From assembly GCA_051362555.1 (NCBI GenBank), contig CM120642.1, positions 17,980,001-18,044,000 of the forward strand: a stretch of DNA of 64,000 nucleotides, read 5' to 3'. The notes beneath the pieces were generated by a model. That model saw nothing but the letters and a program-made list of their open reading frames with translations, had not been told where the DNA came from and did not search any database. This stretch comes from Lingula anatina. Lineage: Eukaryota; Animalia; Brachiopoda. Shown one piece after another: positions 23,002 to 35,895 of the stretch (position 1 is the first letter of the stretch; each line of letters starts with the position of its first letter). The translations under genes and the position numbers were made by a program.

Positions 23002-25746
23002 TCAATTATTTTCATTGACCAAAAGGGGAGTTTTCTCTCCTGGCCTCACGGGGTATCTCGCCTCAAGTAAAGCAAGTTTGAGACGCTTCCAAAAGATGGT
23101 TCGCTCACGCACGCGCTTTTTTCTGGGCCACTGCAGGCAATTACCGTGACGCATCATGGTTTTCAGAGGCTCTTTAAAATTCTTCTTAGGCACTTTCTCC
23201 AGACAGACAAAAATGATTTTGTCAACAAAGCCGTCAAATAGTTTGACCTGTGCTAGATTGATCTCCGTTTCGTGTAACTGACTTTCGAAGTACTCCCTCG
23301 TAAGCAGAAAGAGGATTCGTCGGCTTTTTTCCATGTTTGTTTCGACATTATCCACCAGGGGATCACCAACGATGTAGTCTCGATCGTTAATGCAAAGTTT
23401 AAATCTGATGTCTTCGCCTCTTTCTATGTTTGGTATAAGGTGTTTCTTTATCCAAGGGACGCTTGTGGGAGAGTACATTGCAATGGCGTCATAAGTCTTA
23501 TGTGGCTCACGTCCTCCCATTTTGCTTTTCTTGCTTGCTCGGTAGATGGCGTAAATGTAGAGAATGTCCCAGCGGAAGCTATAAAGGACAGCAGAAAGAA
23601 AAATTACAAAAAACACGCATCCTCCCGATATGGCGGCAAAATACACACTGTGGTTATCGCAAGCGAACCATGAAGGACGAAACTCTTTAATTGGCGTCTT
23701 TTGTGCCCATTCGGGTCCAAAGCAAAGTTCCCTGGGACCCTGTACATTGACTGATGTGGTGGCAAGCCAAGACTGAAATGACCTAATGTTACAATCACAA
23801 ATGATCTTGTTCCTCGCATAATTAAAGTTTTTCAAAGCGGTAAGGTTTGCAAACATGTGCCCACTTAACGTAAAAATAGAATTGTGATCCAAATGAAGGT
23901 CGGTCATGTGCCTTTGGTGACGAAAAATCTCCACGGGAAGCGATCGAAGGCTGTTGAGGTACAGGCAAAGTGTGGTAAGATTCGCCAATCCGTCAAACAT
24001 TCCAAGCGGCAATTCTGTCAGTTTGTTTGCAGTCAGGGATAAGTAACTTAACTGTCGTAAGGGTTTGAAGAGATCTCTTAAAATATCAAGATCTATGGAT
24101 AATATTCTGTAAAACTGGTTGTTGTCGAGGTATAACTTTGTAAGCGTAGGAACATTATTAAAGATGTCAGCTTTTTTTGAGAGATAAGCTCTGTTATTCT
24201 GAAATTTAAATGTTTTCAAACTTGGCAACATACTCATTTGTAGCTGTTTAGCCATGTTAAAGCTATTGCTATTGCTATTCTTTGCCCTATAGCCGGTAAC
24301 ATCTGACATCATCACAGTCTGGAGGGATGCCATATTCCTCAGGACGATATTTTTGCACAGGGAGTTTCCAGTCAAAGTCAACGACCGTAGGGAACCATGG
24401 TTCTTGATAACACACTCGTCGTCTGTTAATTTAAATGCATACGACAAGTCCAGCTGACTCAGTTCTGGGCATTTTTCTAGAATTTCTGACAAAATTTTAA
24501 AGCTTCGAAGTTTGTTATGGGAAAGATTTAATGTTCGAAGTCGGCCATGAGTTGCCGGTTGAAATGTCTCTATGTCACAATTGCCGAGATTTAATGTCCT
24601 GAGATGTTTAAGTGGCGCAAAGGCTGTGTGAAGAACTGCTGTCATTGGGTTACCGTTCAGGATAAGCTCTATGACTTTAGAATTACTGAGATGGACAAAA
24701 TAGTCACCTGATAAAATGTCGACCTTCAATCCAATTTTACCGAGATTTAAAGAACTGACTGACACGGATTGCAAGCTTTTGGTGAGGTTTTGAAGCCCTA
24801 TACATTTTGAGCCTTGACTGCTGAACTTGCAAATTGGGTTAGCAGATAAGATTAAGCCAGAGATATATTTAAAGTCGGCAAAAGCGTCAGTTTCCACGTG
24901 AGTCAGGTTATTCCCTTGAATGTCCAGTAATAGCCCATGCACGTGACTGTATGCCCTCATATCTTCTCGCGTGATTTTGATAATTGCGTTGCCCTTTAGT
25001 AGCACGTGTAAATTATTCGCACAGCTTATTGATTTGTTAAGTCTCAAAAATGATATTTGGTTGCCCGATAAGGCTATTTTACTTAAGTACGGCAGCGCCG
25101 CCATGTCTTCGGGGATCCTCTGAAGCTTATTGTTTGACAGAGATATTAGTGACAAATTTTGATTTTTCGAAAACATTCCACTCGGTACATCGGTCAGTGC
25201 TGTGCTAGCCAAATGCAACTCCACTAGACTTTCAAGCCCCTGAAACATCTTTCTCCGCGCATCTTCAGATACATTACCAAGAATGTCCCTGTTGCCAGTT
25301 AAACATAATTTCTTGAGACGTTTTAAAGGCCGTAATAGTCCCGATGGCATGTTCTTCAGTCCATTGTTTTCCAAATTTAATTCATTTAACTGTCCAAGTG
25401 ATTGAAAAGCATCATGGTCAACTGTTTTTATCTGACATGAACCAAGATGTAAAATCCGGAGTTCTGTTAAATGAGCCAAAGATTGACTCGTCAGGTGCTT
25501 GAAAACATTCCCTTCTAAAAGTGCAGTTGTGGTGTTACGAGGAAGTGTTGGAAAGGAAGACAATTTCCTTCCCATGCAGTCAACTTTAAGGCCATTCCAG
25601 TTACTGTCCCGCCTTACGTTGCACTTGTGGTAAATATCGGCGGGCTTTCCTAGAGCAATGGCAGGGGCAAGAAGCACCAAAGTGGATACCCAGAAGTGGA
25701 TCTGGAGTTTAGTTAAAGTGGTCGCTGAAGAGCTTTTGAGGCCCAT
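23002..25746 (-). CDS. Toll-like receptor (single coding exon, 914 aa, single-cysteine-cluster type)
   Basis: Signal peptide, LRRNT (C...VDC), many LxxLxLxxN repeats, LRRCT (NKIICDC...C...C), TM helix, and a TIR domain (YDAIAMYS, LCINDRDYIVG, SRRILFLLT, FWKRL). The ATG is immediately preceded by a splice acceptor (TTTTCAG). Confidence 0.96.
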   Translation of the reverse strand: MGLKSSSATTLTKLQIHFWVSTLVLLAPAIALGKPADIYHKCNVRRDSNWNGLKVDCMGRKLSSFPTLPRNTTTALLEGNVFKHLTSQSLAHLTELRILHLGSCQIKTVDHDAFQSLGQLNELNLENNGLKNMPSGLLRPLKRLKKLCLTGNRDILGNVSEDARRKMFQGLESLVELHLASTALTDVPSGMFSKNQNLSLISLSNNKLQRIPEDMAALPYLSKIALSGNQISFLRLNKSISCANNLHVLLKGNAIIKITREDMRAYSHVHGLLLDIQGNNLTHVETDAFADFKYISGLILSANPICKFSSQGSKCIGLQNLTKSLQSVSVSSLNLGKIGLKVDILSGDYFVHLSNSKVIELILNGNPMTAVLHTAFAPLKHLRTLNLGNCDIETFQPATHGRLRTLNLSHNKLRSFKILSEILEKCPELSQLDLSYAFKLTDDECVIKNHGSLRSLTLTGNSLCKNIVLRNMASLQTVMMSDVTGYRAKNSNSNSFNMAKQLQMSMLPSLKTFKFQNNRAYLSKKADIFNNVPTLTKLYLDNNQFYRILSIDLDILRDLFKPLRQLSYLSLTANKLTELPLGMFDGLANLTTLCLYLNSLRSLPVEIFRHQRHMTDLHLDHNSIFTLSGHMFANLTALKNFNYARNKIICDCNIRSFQSWLATTSVNVQGPRELCFGPEWAQKTPIKEFRPSWFACDNHSVYFAAISGGCVFFVIFLSAVLYSFRWDILYIYAIYRASKKSKMGGREPHKTYDAIAMYSPTSVPWIKKHLIPNIERGEDIRFKLCINDRDYIVGDPLVDNVETNMEKSRRILFLLTREYFESQLHETEINLAQVKLFDGFVDKIIFVCLEKVPKKNFKEPLKTMMRHGNCLQWPRKKRVRERTIFWKRLKLALLEARYPVRPGEKTPLLVNENN

Positions 25747-27378
25747 CTGAAAACGAAATCAAAAGATCGATATATTTCATATCACATATATTTCAATAGT
25801 TTTTTAATGGAGCAGGCGGTTTGGAGGTTTGAAAAATCATTGATAAAAAACAGACCTTGTTTTGTTCTTTGATGCACCTTCCGTTTTAGCAAAGAAATCA
25901 CGCGTTAACACTTTTATCTAAGTTTTTTACGTACTGTGTGTACCAAAGCATTCAAGATATCGGTATTAATACAGGAAACCCTAAAACGGCTCTCAGATTG
26001 CGAATACGCTCCGTATTGGGGATACAAACTGTTTGTTTACCTTTCAAACCCCCTTACTCTGGACGCACGCCGCTAAAAAACAGCTAGTTATGTCGTCGGC
26101 AGCGCTGTGAACCAGTCCAACAGACAAGTCTTATCTCCCTGGCTTCCTGTTGTGCCGCCGTGAAATCATTCGACATGCACAATTCTGTGCAGTGGCACAA
26201 ACACAGCACTTACCAAAAACGAAGATAGAGTCCTATCGCCTGACTTTTCGTTCAATTTTTAGGCATGGCATACCAGAAACGCTGAATGTGAGGTCACTTT
26301 TACACAAACTAACTATAAAGATAAATTAATTCCCCACTGCTAAAGATACTACTGCTCCGGTGCTCCCCAGCAACTTCCTCCATAGACCCCATAATCTTAC
26401 CTCTCAACTCAAAGTTTTCTTTTGATAAAAACGTGCGGGTGGTGGTGGTGGTGCATGGGGGTACTGTGCCCGCAGCCAACTTAGTACAAAAATGGCGGCT
26501 TCGAAAAAAATGGGGAGGTATTTTTAGAGAGTGTACACCTTCAAACCTTCAAATATATGTTTATTGCAAAAAATGCATTATCACTTTATTTTCATTATTA
26601 TGCTTCAAACAAAGAATGAAGGTTCCTTCAAAGTGCATTGTAGATCAGCGTTCCAGTGTACGCGCGCAGACAAGTTCATCCGTTGACGGCCTAAGGCACG
26701 ATGGTACAATGTAAACTTAATGGCAACAAGATGCAAGGACACTGTCAATGATAATTGGGGGGTATGAATAGGGTGCCTTCAAAATTTCCTTCATTTTTTT
26801 CTCTTCAAATTAAATGTATTTTTTATTTGTCTACCTAAATACATAAGGCTAGCTGTATAAGAACGAAGTCATTTCAATGCTAGTGAACACAAAACACAAT
26901 AATGAAATTTGGGTCTCACTCTTATACTCCCCGCCCTAGTTCAAACTGACAACATGTTGACGACAGCAACGACCCCAAGTGACAATTAACGATTGGGAAA
27001 TAAGAGCGGGCAATTGTGAACGTGTCATCACTCAACAGAGCAGCGGGAAGGAAGTATTACGTCCCTATAAAAATGAACAAAAGCCGCGCATTTCTTCGAG
27101 GAGTCGCCTTCAAATCTCACGGTGATCCTACGATAATGTATCGCACTTGAGGATATTTTCTTTTCTCGCGCAAGACAGGGAATGCTACGTTTTTCTCCAG
27201 TGCCATGCTTCTGTGAATTCGACTCTTCAATCCACGTGGACTCGTCGCTCTGGAAATTGCCCCTCCCCCCTCCCCCTTGACTACACTTCTGGGATGAACC
27301 ACGTAATGTTAGTAAATAGGGGAGGGGGCGAGCGAAAGAAATATTTTTCATTTCCTTTTAGATAATTAAGTAATCCAT

Positions 27379-27672
27379 GACAAAAACAAGCCATTAGTCA
27401 CATTCATCAGACAGTCCACTTTCACGAGATAAGACTCCCTAGACTTCACTCCTGCGATTAACCACTTAAAGTGGAGAGGGTAGAAAGAAGTGAAAAGAGA
27501 AAACTAAGTTCGTTTTTTTAATAATATAGAAGTCGGGGACAAAAACAAGCCCTTAGCCACATTCACGAGATAGCCCACTTTTATGAGATAAGGCCTCCAC
27601 TCATACCTACCTTGACTTCACTCCTGGGAGGAAACGTGGGAAGGGTTGAAAAAGATAAAACTATTTTCGTAT
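27379..27672. repeat. Diverged ~159-bp tandem duplication
   Basis: GACAAAAACAAGCC...CACATTCA...GAGATAAG...GACTTCACTCCTG begins at 27379 and again at 27538. Confidence 0.85.
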
Positions 27673-28371
27673 TTACTTCTATGTAGAGTATTTATTTATG
27701 AGATGATGACAGAATTTTTTTTTCAGCCTAATATCTAGTTCAGAATTTGGTACTGTTGAATTAATGGACTTGGCATCACCTTGCTATCTACGCTTTAGGT
27801 GACGCGTCTTATTCTGCACACAAATAGCTGATGAATTTGAAAACACCAAACGTTAGGAGAAATGCAACGAAAAATGTACGCTGTTCATTTTAGTATAGAA
27901 AATGTAATATTTTCGATCATGTAATGACGGTAAAATAAATGTTATTCTAAGGAATTCCGATGGATTCACTTTTTAAAACGTGAAATCAATAGAACATTTC
28001 TAATATAAATTTTCAAAAAGACACCAGAGAGCAAATGAAATAAAATCAACCAGACGGTAAACACCGGAAGGCTTTGTCAATTTCACCAACATGTTTATTT
28101 CAAATAGAGCGCTTTTCGAACATGCGCAATTGTTTTGGGTAGATAATACTAGTAAAAATATGGGGCGTGTTACGACGCTTGAATATGCACAATTGCGCTT
28201 ATTTTAGTCCACTTGTTTTCAACTCGTTGCATGGACCGACAGCGCGAAAAAGAAAGTCGAGGAACAAAGTTTCCTACGCGGTTGCAAATCGTCGTCAGTT
28301 GCGATTTTCAATCTAATATGCTAATGATCTTATTATTGCTTTACGTTTATTGGCATTTTTTTACACACCGT

Positions 28372-28482
28372 GGGAGGGGCACACCCCCTCCCACACCCTC
28401 CCCCCTCGGGGGCTTTGCCCCCTCGTGTCCGCTTACTGCCCCCCCCCCCCCCCCCCGGCATTTTGCTCAGGCTACGGCCCTG
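28372..28482. mobile_element. Terminal fragment of a GC-rich MITE
   Basis: GGGAGGGGCACACCCCCTCCCACACCCTCCCCC...poly-C...GGCTACGGCCCTG. Related end fragments lie at ~16600-16665 (AGGGGCAGATCCAGGA) and ~27259-27291 (CCCCTTGACTACACTTCTG). Confidence 0.55.
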
Positions 28483-30396
28483 AAACGCCTAATCTGTTAA
28501 TAAGGCCTGATCGACTAAGTAAGTTTCCTCTAGTCACCTCATTTAATTCTATGGACAGAGACCTCCTCTCTGCAATAATAACGATGTTCATGCCTACGTG
28601 GTCTTAAAAGGGCGCTGTGAAAACCAGGAAGTAGATCGCGCCAAACAACTCGCAGTGACTCACTATATATCGTCATGCAATGATTTGTTTTTATTTTCAT
28701 TATTGGGATCAGTTTTGAGATTACTAAAAATCAAGTTGACATGTTCATTCCAAATTACATCAAACCAATAGACCTTCACTGTACTACACCGGGATACACA
28801 AAAATGCCACGATAAAGACGGCATTCTGACGTTAACTGAAATAAAAATCACAGGCACGGGAGACTGGCAATCGATTCATTGTCGTGTCTTACCAATATAA
28901 TAAGATTATTTCACTTGACAAGACATTTCACTTGGTAAATCACCAGCTGGATGGAATAGTCACCCGATCTTTTCTCATAGTGAATGGGGCTAGGGTTTTC
29001 AAAATGCGTAAATTATGAAGTTTTATTATTGAGTTTTTTAACTGTTGCTAAAACTACGAAGTAGCTAAACGCTGACAGTCTAAACGCCTCGAATGCCTGC
29101 AAACACTTAACTAAATCAAAGCATCATAGTAGATGAATTACTGCATATACGGCTTAGGCCAAAACCGCAAACGCACTTGATGCGAAATCCATACGTACCT
29201 CTAAATTGTCTACTTGGGACAGTTAGCTGATAAGGCTCCTCTTCAAGAACGTCTTATAAGAAGGGGTGAAGAAAGTTGGACAGCAGGACTGCGTCAACTT
29301 ACGTAGTGTGCGCACCGGCGCCTGACCTCTTCTTATATGTGCGCACTGGCGCCTGACCTCTTCTTATATTTGGAGAAAAAACTCGTGACAACGTATTAGA
29401 GATACCTTAATCCCATTTCCGTTGCTCCTTTCACTGTCTTGTGATGTGTTATCAGTCTCCTGTGGTGTTTATTTAACTGATACCGGTTTTCATCTTCGAT
29501 ATGGTACTTTTTATGAACTGTCTTCGGTATATCAGACACAAGACGTGGAACCGTGCACGTCTGGTATGCTGTAGTGCTCAAAGAAAGCAATGCTTGTTTG
29601 TGTTTCTTACGCCGTTGAAGGCTGGCACTGGCAGGCGAAAATTATATCCAGGGGTTTGGGGCAAAGTTCTTCAAGGAAGTAGACGTGTAAAGTATTTTTC
29701 CTACCCTCTGTATGCGAGTAAAGTAATGTGTGATCGAAAATAAACAGAATAAACTTAAACTGTGTGATCGTATATTCCTTTTTCCACGACAGTGAAATTT
29801 AGTTTATTTTTCTTTGTGCATAAATAATTGCTACATACGTTTGAAAGATTTGGAACTGCGGAGCGCATATTTTTTTGTTCATGTAAAGGCACGCGAAGGA
29901 AAGGAACTATTTTACCCTCTAATGATTGCATTATCCTAAAACAAACAATGCTGTATATAGAGATATCTAGGGGATATGGCTGCTTGGTAGAATTATACTT
30001 TCTTTATTCGTTTTGTAAATTATACAAATCTCCGTTGCATTTTTTACCCTGGTTAGAATTTCTTCGCTTTTTTATAAGTTACACACATTCGCCGAGTCCT
30101 CAACACGAATGGAGAGAACGGATTATCACTGCAATTGCTTTGTTTTCTAAGCAAAATCCCATTCAGTAACCCAGTCCAAAATATTCAGTTTCAGAGCACC
30201 GACGGTGAACGTCTTTGCTCTTCACAATTAATGCCATTTGAGGGAATGTAAAATTAATTATCTGCCGCATTTTATTAAGTTTTTATTGTTACGTTTCTGA
30301 TTGTGGAACGGTGGAGGTCTCCGTCCATAGAATTAAATGAGGTGACTAGAGGAAACTTACTTAGTCGATCAGGCCTTATAAACAGATTAGGCGTTT
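28483..30396. repeat. 84-bp inverted repeat pair (28483-28566 / 30313-30396)
   Basis: AAACGCCTAATCTGTT...GAGACCTCC versus its reverse complement; I count 2 mismatches in 84. Confidence 0.93.
29198..29368 (-). promoter_or_regulatory. Candidate TLR core promoter (duplicated TATA module) and non-coding first exon
   Basis: 31-bp tandem duplication 29307-29337/29338-29368, each copy reading TATAAGAAGAGGTCAGGCGCC.GTGCGCACA on the minus strand; donor AG|GTACGT at ~29197; the TLR ATG needs an upstream exon. Confidence 0.45.
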
Positions 30397-30639
30397 ACTA
30401 CTACCCGCAGATCTTTTAGCACTAACACCCCTATTAACCCACGAATTATAACCACCGTACAAGTATCTAGCACCAACAAAGCGATACCTAGCATTAAGCG
30501 ATACCTAGCATTCTCTGTGATTGTACGGGTTAATATGTGGGTTATGTGGTTAATATGGGTGTTGGTGCTAAAAGCACTGCGGGCAGTGTTAGCAAACGCC
30601 TAATTCGTTTATAAGGCCTGCTTAGCCTGCTAAGTAAGT
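30355..30639. mobile_element. ~285-bp imperfect foldback element (MITE-like)
   Basis: Arm ACTTACTTAG..CAGGCCTTATAAAC..ATTAGGCGTTT..CCCGCAG..CTTTTAGCAC.AACACCC is mirrored at 30550-30639; the centre has AAGCGATACCTAGCATT twice (30479-30512). Confidence 0.75.
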
Positions 30640-31919
30640 CAAAGGAAGGTCGTGTAATCACACAAGGACGATATGAACTGGGGAAGTTGTCACGAAGGTG
30701 ACCTTCAAATAAACAACTTGACTAGGGGTGCAAATAGATCGCGCAGAAAAAAAAATTAAGGAAATTTTTACTATATGTCTAGCTACTTCCGTGGGAATCA
30801 TAAAAGTTTATGAGTTAGGAAGTATGGTGAAGAGCGCGTGACTGATATATGTATTTAGTCACTGATGAAGTATTTGCAGACATGGTAGTCATTCCACTGG
30901 TAATTCTTGAAGAGTCCATTTTTAAACGATTCTCACCTTGCTTTATGAGCCTTAACTATTTAAAAGTGGCAATTCTCCATTGAAATTAAAGGTTTATGGG
31001 CATTCTCATTGGCGTAGAACCGTTTAGATTATTTCCGCCAAGAGAGCAAGCAGCAACACGTTAATCTTTATGGGTTTAAGCACGGAAATACATATACTTC
31101 CATGTACGTTAGAAAATAAGTTCATTTGGATGTGCTATATATATAATTTAGTCTTATGAGATTCATTTTTTCCATCCAAAAGAAAACGAAAAACCACCTA
31201 TAAAGAAAGACCACCAAGTGGCAAAACAATAGCACTGAGGAAGACTGCAGCAAAGAACAGTTGAAAATGTCTGCACATACAGGTATCTTAACATCTTTTA
31301 CCTCGCTTTCTTTTGATTGGAAAAAATTAATCTCATAAGACTACATTATATACTTCCATGGTTTTAGTCACCCTGAAATATAGAGAACACTAGAAACTTA
31401 CCTCTACTTTCAGTATACCCGAAAAACGGTCCATAGATGCATGTTAATAGTAGAGAAGCAAGTCTCTAAAAGGAAACCCGAAACTTACGCGGTCATCAAA
31501 AATATTCGGCCTTTAATTTTTTTGCAATCAGTTTACCCACAAAACCGCAGTAAATATTGTAAAAATGCTAAACTTATTTATCATGATTCCCAAGTATTGT
31601 AGGCGAGTATGCACGATTAACTTAAATTACTAGTTCCCCTTATTTTAGGCCCCTGCTTTTTTTTCTTAAATTCTATAGTTTTCGGATAGATTGATAAAGG
31701 AACAACGCCACCAATAATAAAAAATAAAAAAATTAATAAAAGAGGCATGCTGCAGACGGACACTTAGCGACGGAGACTTGGTTCAGCTACGTGGAAATCA
31801 AATTCAGAACGACACTAAGAACGTGATCCACGTGAAACTGATCTCCTTGTATACCTTTTTCTTTTATGGCTGTGAGATACGCTCGAGAGTCTACTGTTGC
31901 AAGTTCAAAAGATACTGTT

Positions 31920-32697
<778 letters not shown>

Positions 32698-34301
32698 AAT
32701 GGAATTTAATTAGTTTGAAAAATAACTTAATGACTTTTTTTGACACTTAAAAAGAAACTCTAAACCGATTTTAAATATTCAAATATATTGAGAGCAGAGG
32801 TCATTTCAGAGGTGAATAATGAAAACACTGCAATTGCAAAACTTATATTAGTAGCAGAGACACTGATCAGAACCACTGTGTCCCTGAAATTGGAAAATTG
32901 AATCTAAAAAATTAAGACTTCCCTGCATATGTTTGAGGGGCATGCTGCTTTATAATATCCAAAACTTGACGGCACTTTGATAAAAATAACAACATGAGTG
33001 AAGAAAGGGACACTGGGTGTGTTGTATGCAATTTTATTGAATACAGGACAAAAGCCCATAAGTTCATATGTTGTATACAAAATGTTGCCCTGTAGTAATA
33101 CCATACTACATCATTGTGTTGTCTATCTATAAACATGGCATATTGGATATACCTCATTAATGGTGCATTTAATAATTATCTCAGTGACATTGTTAATGAC
33201 TATGATTGGTTGATGAAAATATGCTCATTATCTTACAATTGTCTTGTGGTACATAATTTTGAGACATTATTATCAGGGTAATTAACCATTATGGCAAATG
33301 AGCTGTTTTACTAAAATATTTCTATTTCTTACTTATATTTTACCACTTTACATGTCACAAAGCAGACATTTCCATTAACTTCTAGACATACAGTAAATAC
33401 TGTTTAATATGGCATATTTTGGGTTTAATCAATAACAAGTAATCACTCATAATTTCAAACTTTTGGATCTTCACCTCTGTAAAGACAACAGCTGAAGTAT
33501 TCTGTGAGGAAGGAAGTCAAAATTCTTCAATACATGAAATATTTAATATTTCACCAAATCAGTTATAAATTAAAAAAAAAATACATGTATTCAAATGTTT
33601 TCTTTTACTTCAACTGAATAAATTATAATGTATAGATCATTTGCCCAAATATGTAAATACTGTATATGCATATGCAGCACGAGCAGGGTGGAAGCTGGGA
33701 GCAATGATTTCTTACAAATCCCATGAAATACAAGAAAGCAGTTAAGTATCTCTTCATTGTATAAAACCATGCATATATTTCTGCATTTTTTGTTTGTTTG
33801 TTTGTTTGTTTGTTTGGAAGCCCATTCTTTTAACCACTTACAGTCCTTATGAAAAGTACCGTAACATTTTCAAACCTTTTTTTTCTCATATCCAACCTCA
33901 CACACCACCACAACAATTTCATTAAATAACCTGATCTCAATTTTTTTAATCTCAGTTCCTAATTTCTTTATCTTGGCATAACAAATTCAATCATCTTCTT
34001 AAGTAAGAAAATATAGTTAATCTCCAACACACATTTACACCCTTAAGAAGGGGAACAGTCACTCTCTGAAATCTCCAGGTGAGTTTCAATTCACATGTAG
34101 TGTATACAGTGTACTGATAATTCACTACAATACAGCTCTTTATTTTATAAACTTTTCTTTCACTTTCAGTTTAAACAGGTAATTTCTTCCATACCTTACT
34201 TTTCTCTGATAAGCTTGATGACCCATTTTTTGAACCAGAAGGAAAATTAAGGATTACTTAAACAAAAAATAACTGACATCATTCAACTTAATTTTTTAAA
34301 A

Positions 34302-35858
34302 TCATTTTCCTTTCAGTTTTGCAATCAGAGTACTATTTTCTTTCTTCATCTCGTTGAAGTCAGACTGGATCTTTTCTAAGTTGGCAGTTGTTTTCTTGTG
34401 ACTCTCATTTTCCAACTGAAACATCAATTTAATTATAACAGCATCCAGTGCTATAAATGTTTTATTTTTTCATGTTAAAATATGACTCTCAGTTTTTCAT
34501 CTTAAAAATTCAGTCCTTATTCCTGATTGAGAATGGCAAAGCACCGGTCTTAACCTTACATTAACATCCAGTTGAAAATAACTCTTTTAACAGATTTATT
34601 AAATGGCATTTGCATTACCACTCTTTTGTACATGGTTGTTTAAGCTTACAATGAAAAAATGTACGCTATTAATGAAATAAATAATAAAATCGAGATTAAT
34701 TCATAACTATGAATGAGTTATGATGTTAAGGCATTAAATACCTGGTCTTCAAGGTCTCTTATTTCACGCAGTATTCCACCTGTTTCTTCCACAGTTTTTA
34801 TAAGGAGGTTGCAGTTCTAAAACACACAATAATCATATTATAACAAGGCAGCAAAGCTGTCAAATGTACAGACAAAAAACAGAAAATAAAGATGCAAAAA
34901 AATAGGTCATTTTGTCAATTTTGATGCAATAAAAAATAATGCTGTCAATCAACACTGAATTTTAATCATGAACATCAGATAACATGGTCAATAACAGGAG
35001 CGAACAGGAGAGATATTTTCTGACAGTATGCCAAATTATCTTTGTTGATCCATCCTCCACTTTTGATGGTCTTCCAACAGAAAAAAAAATAGATACCCGT
35101 CAATGTAAACATTAAAATCTGACCGTCTTCCAGAAGGCCCAGAAGACGGTCTCAATCCGCAATCCTCAAATTCACATAATGAAAATCACAATATTTGAAA
35201 AATGATGACAGTGCATAAAATAATATTACATAATGTTTAAAGACATAAATACCAAAACAACTGCTTATGTGGAAATACAGAAAATATGCAGAGGTTCAAA
35301 TGGATGGGAGTTAAAAGTCACATCTTGAAAATGCCAGTGTTTGAAAAAAAAAATTAAAAAAACAACAAAAATATTCCAATAAAGCTGCTATTCAAACTTT
35401 CAATCTTGCTGTTTTAACATGATATGAATAACCCCATTGAGTTTGAGGATAGATAAGGCACTGTTATTCATCTATAGCATTAATGTTGGCATTACACAAA
35501 ATAATTTTTTTTGAAAATTTATTTGCAATATTAAACAATATTTACCTGCAATATTATCACTGCTTTCTTATTATGGACACTTATCTGGCAGAGAACTTAA
35601 CCTATGGGAGTTTACAGTATCAACAAGTGTGTTTTAGTAATCTCATTTAATGGCCACTTGAATCTTAATTGACTTTGCAGACTTTATGAAAGGCCAAAAA
35701 AATATGTCAGACATTCGTTCTGACAGGCTTGAAATTTCTGACAGACCGAAACAAAATCTGTCAGACCAAAGTAAAATAACAGAAATACGACAAATTATTT
35801 ATGTTTTCAGGTGGATCTTTTAACATTTTTAATCACCAACATTAAATCTAATATTAAA

Positions 35859-35895
<37 letters not shown>

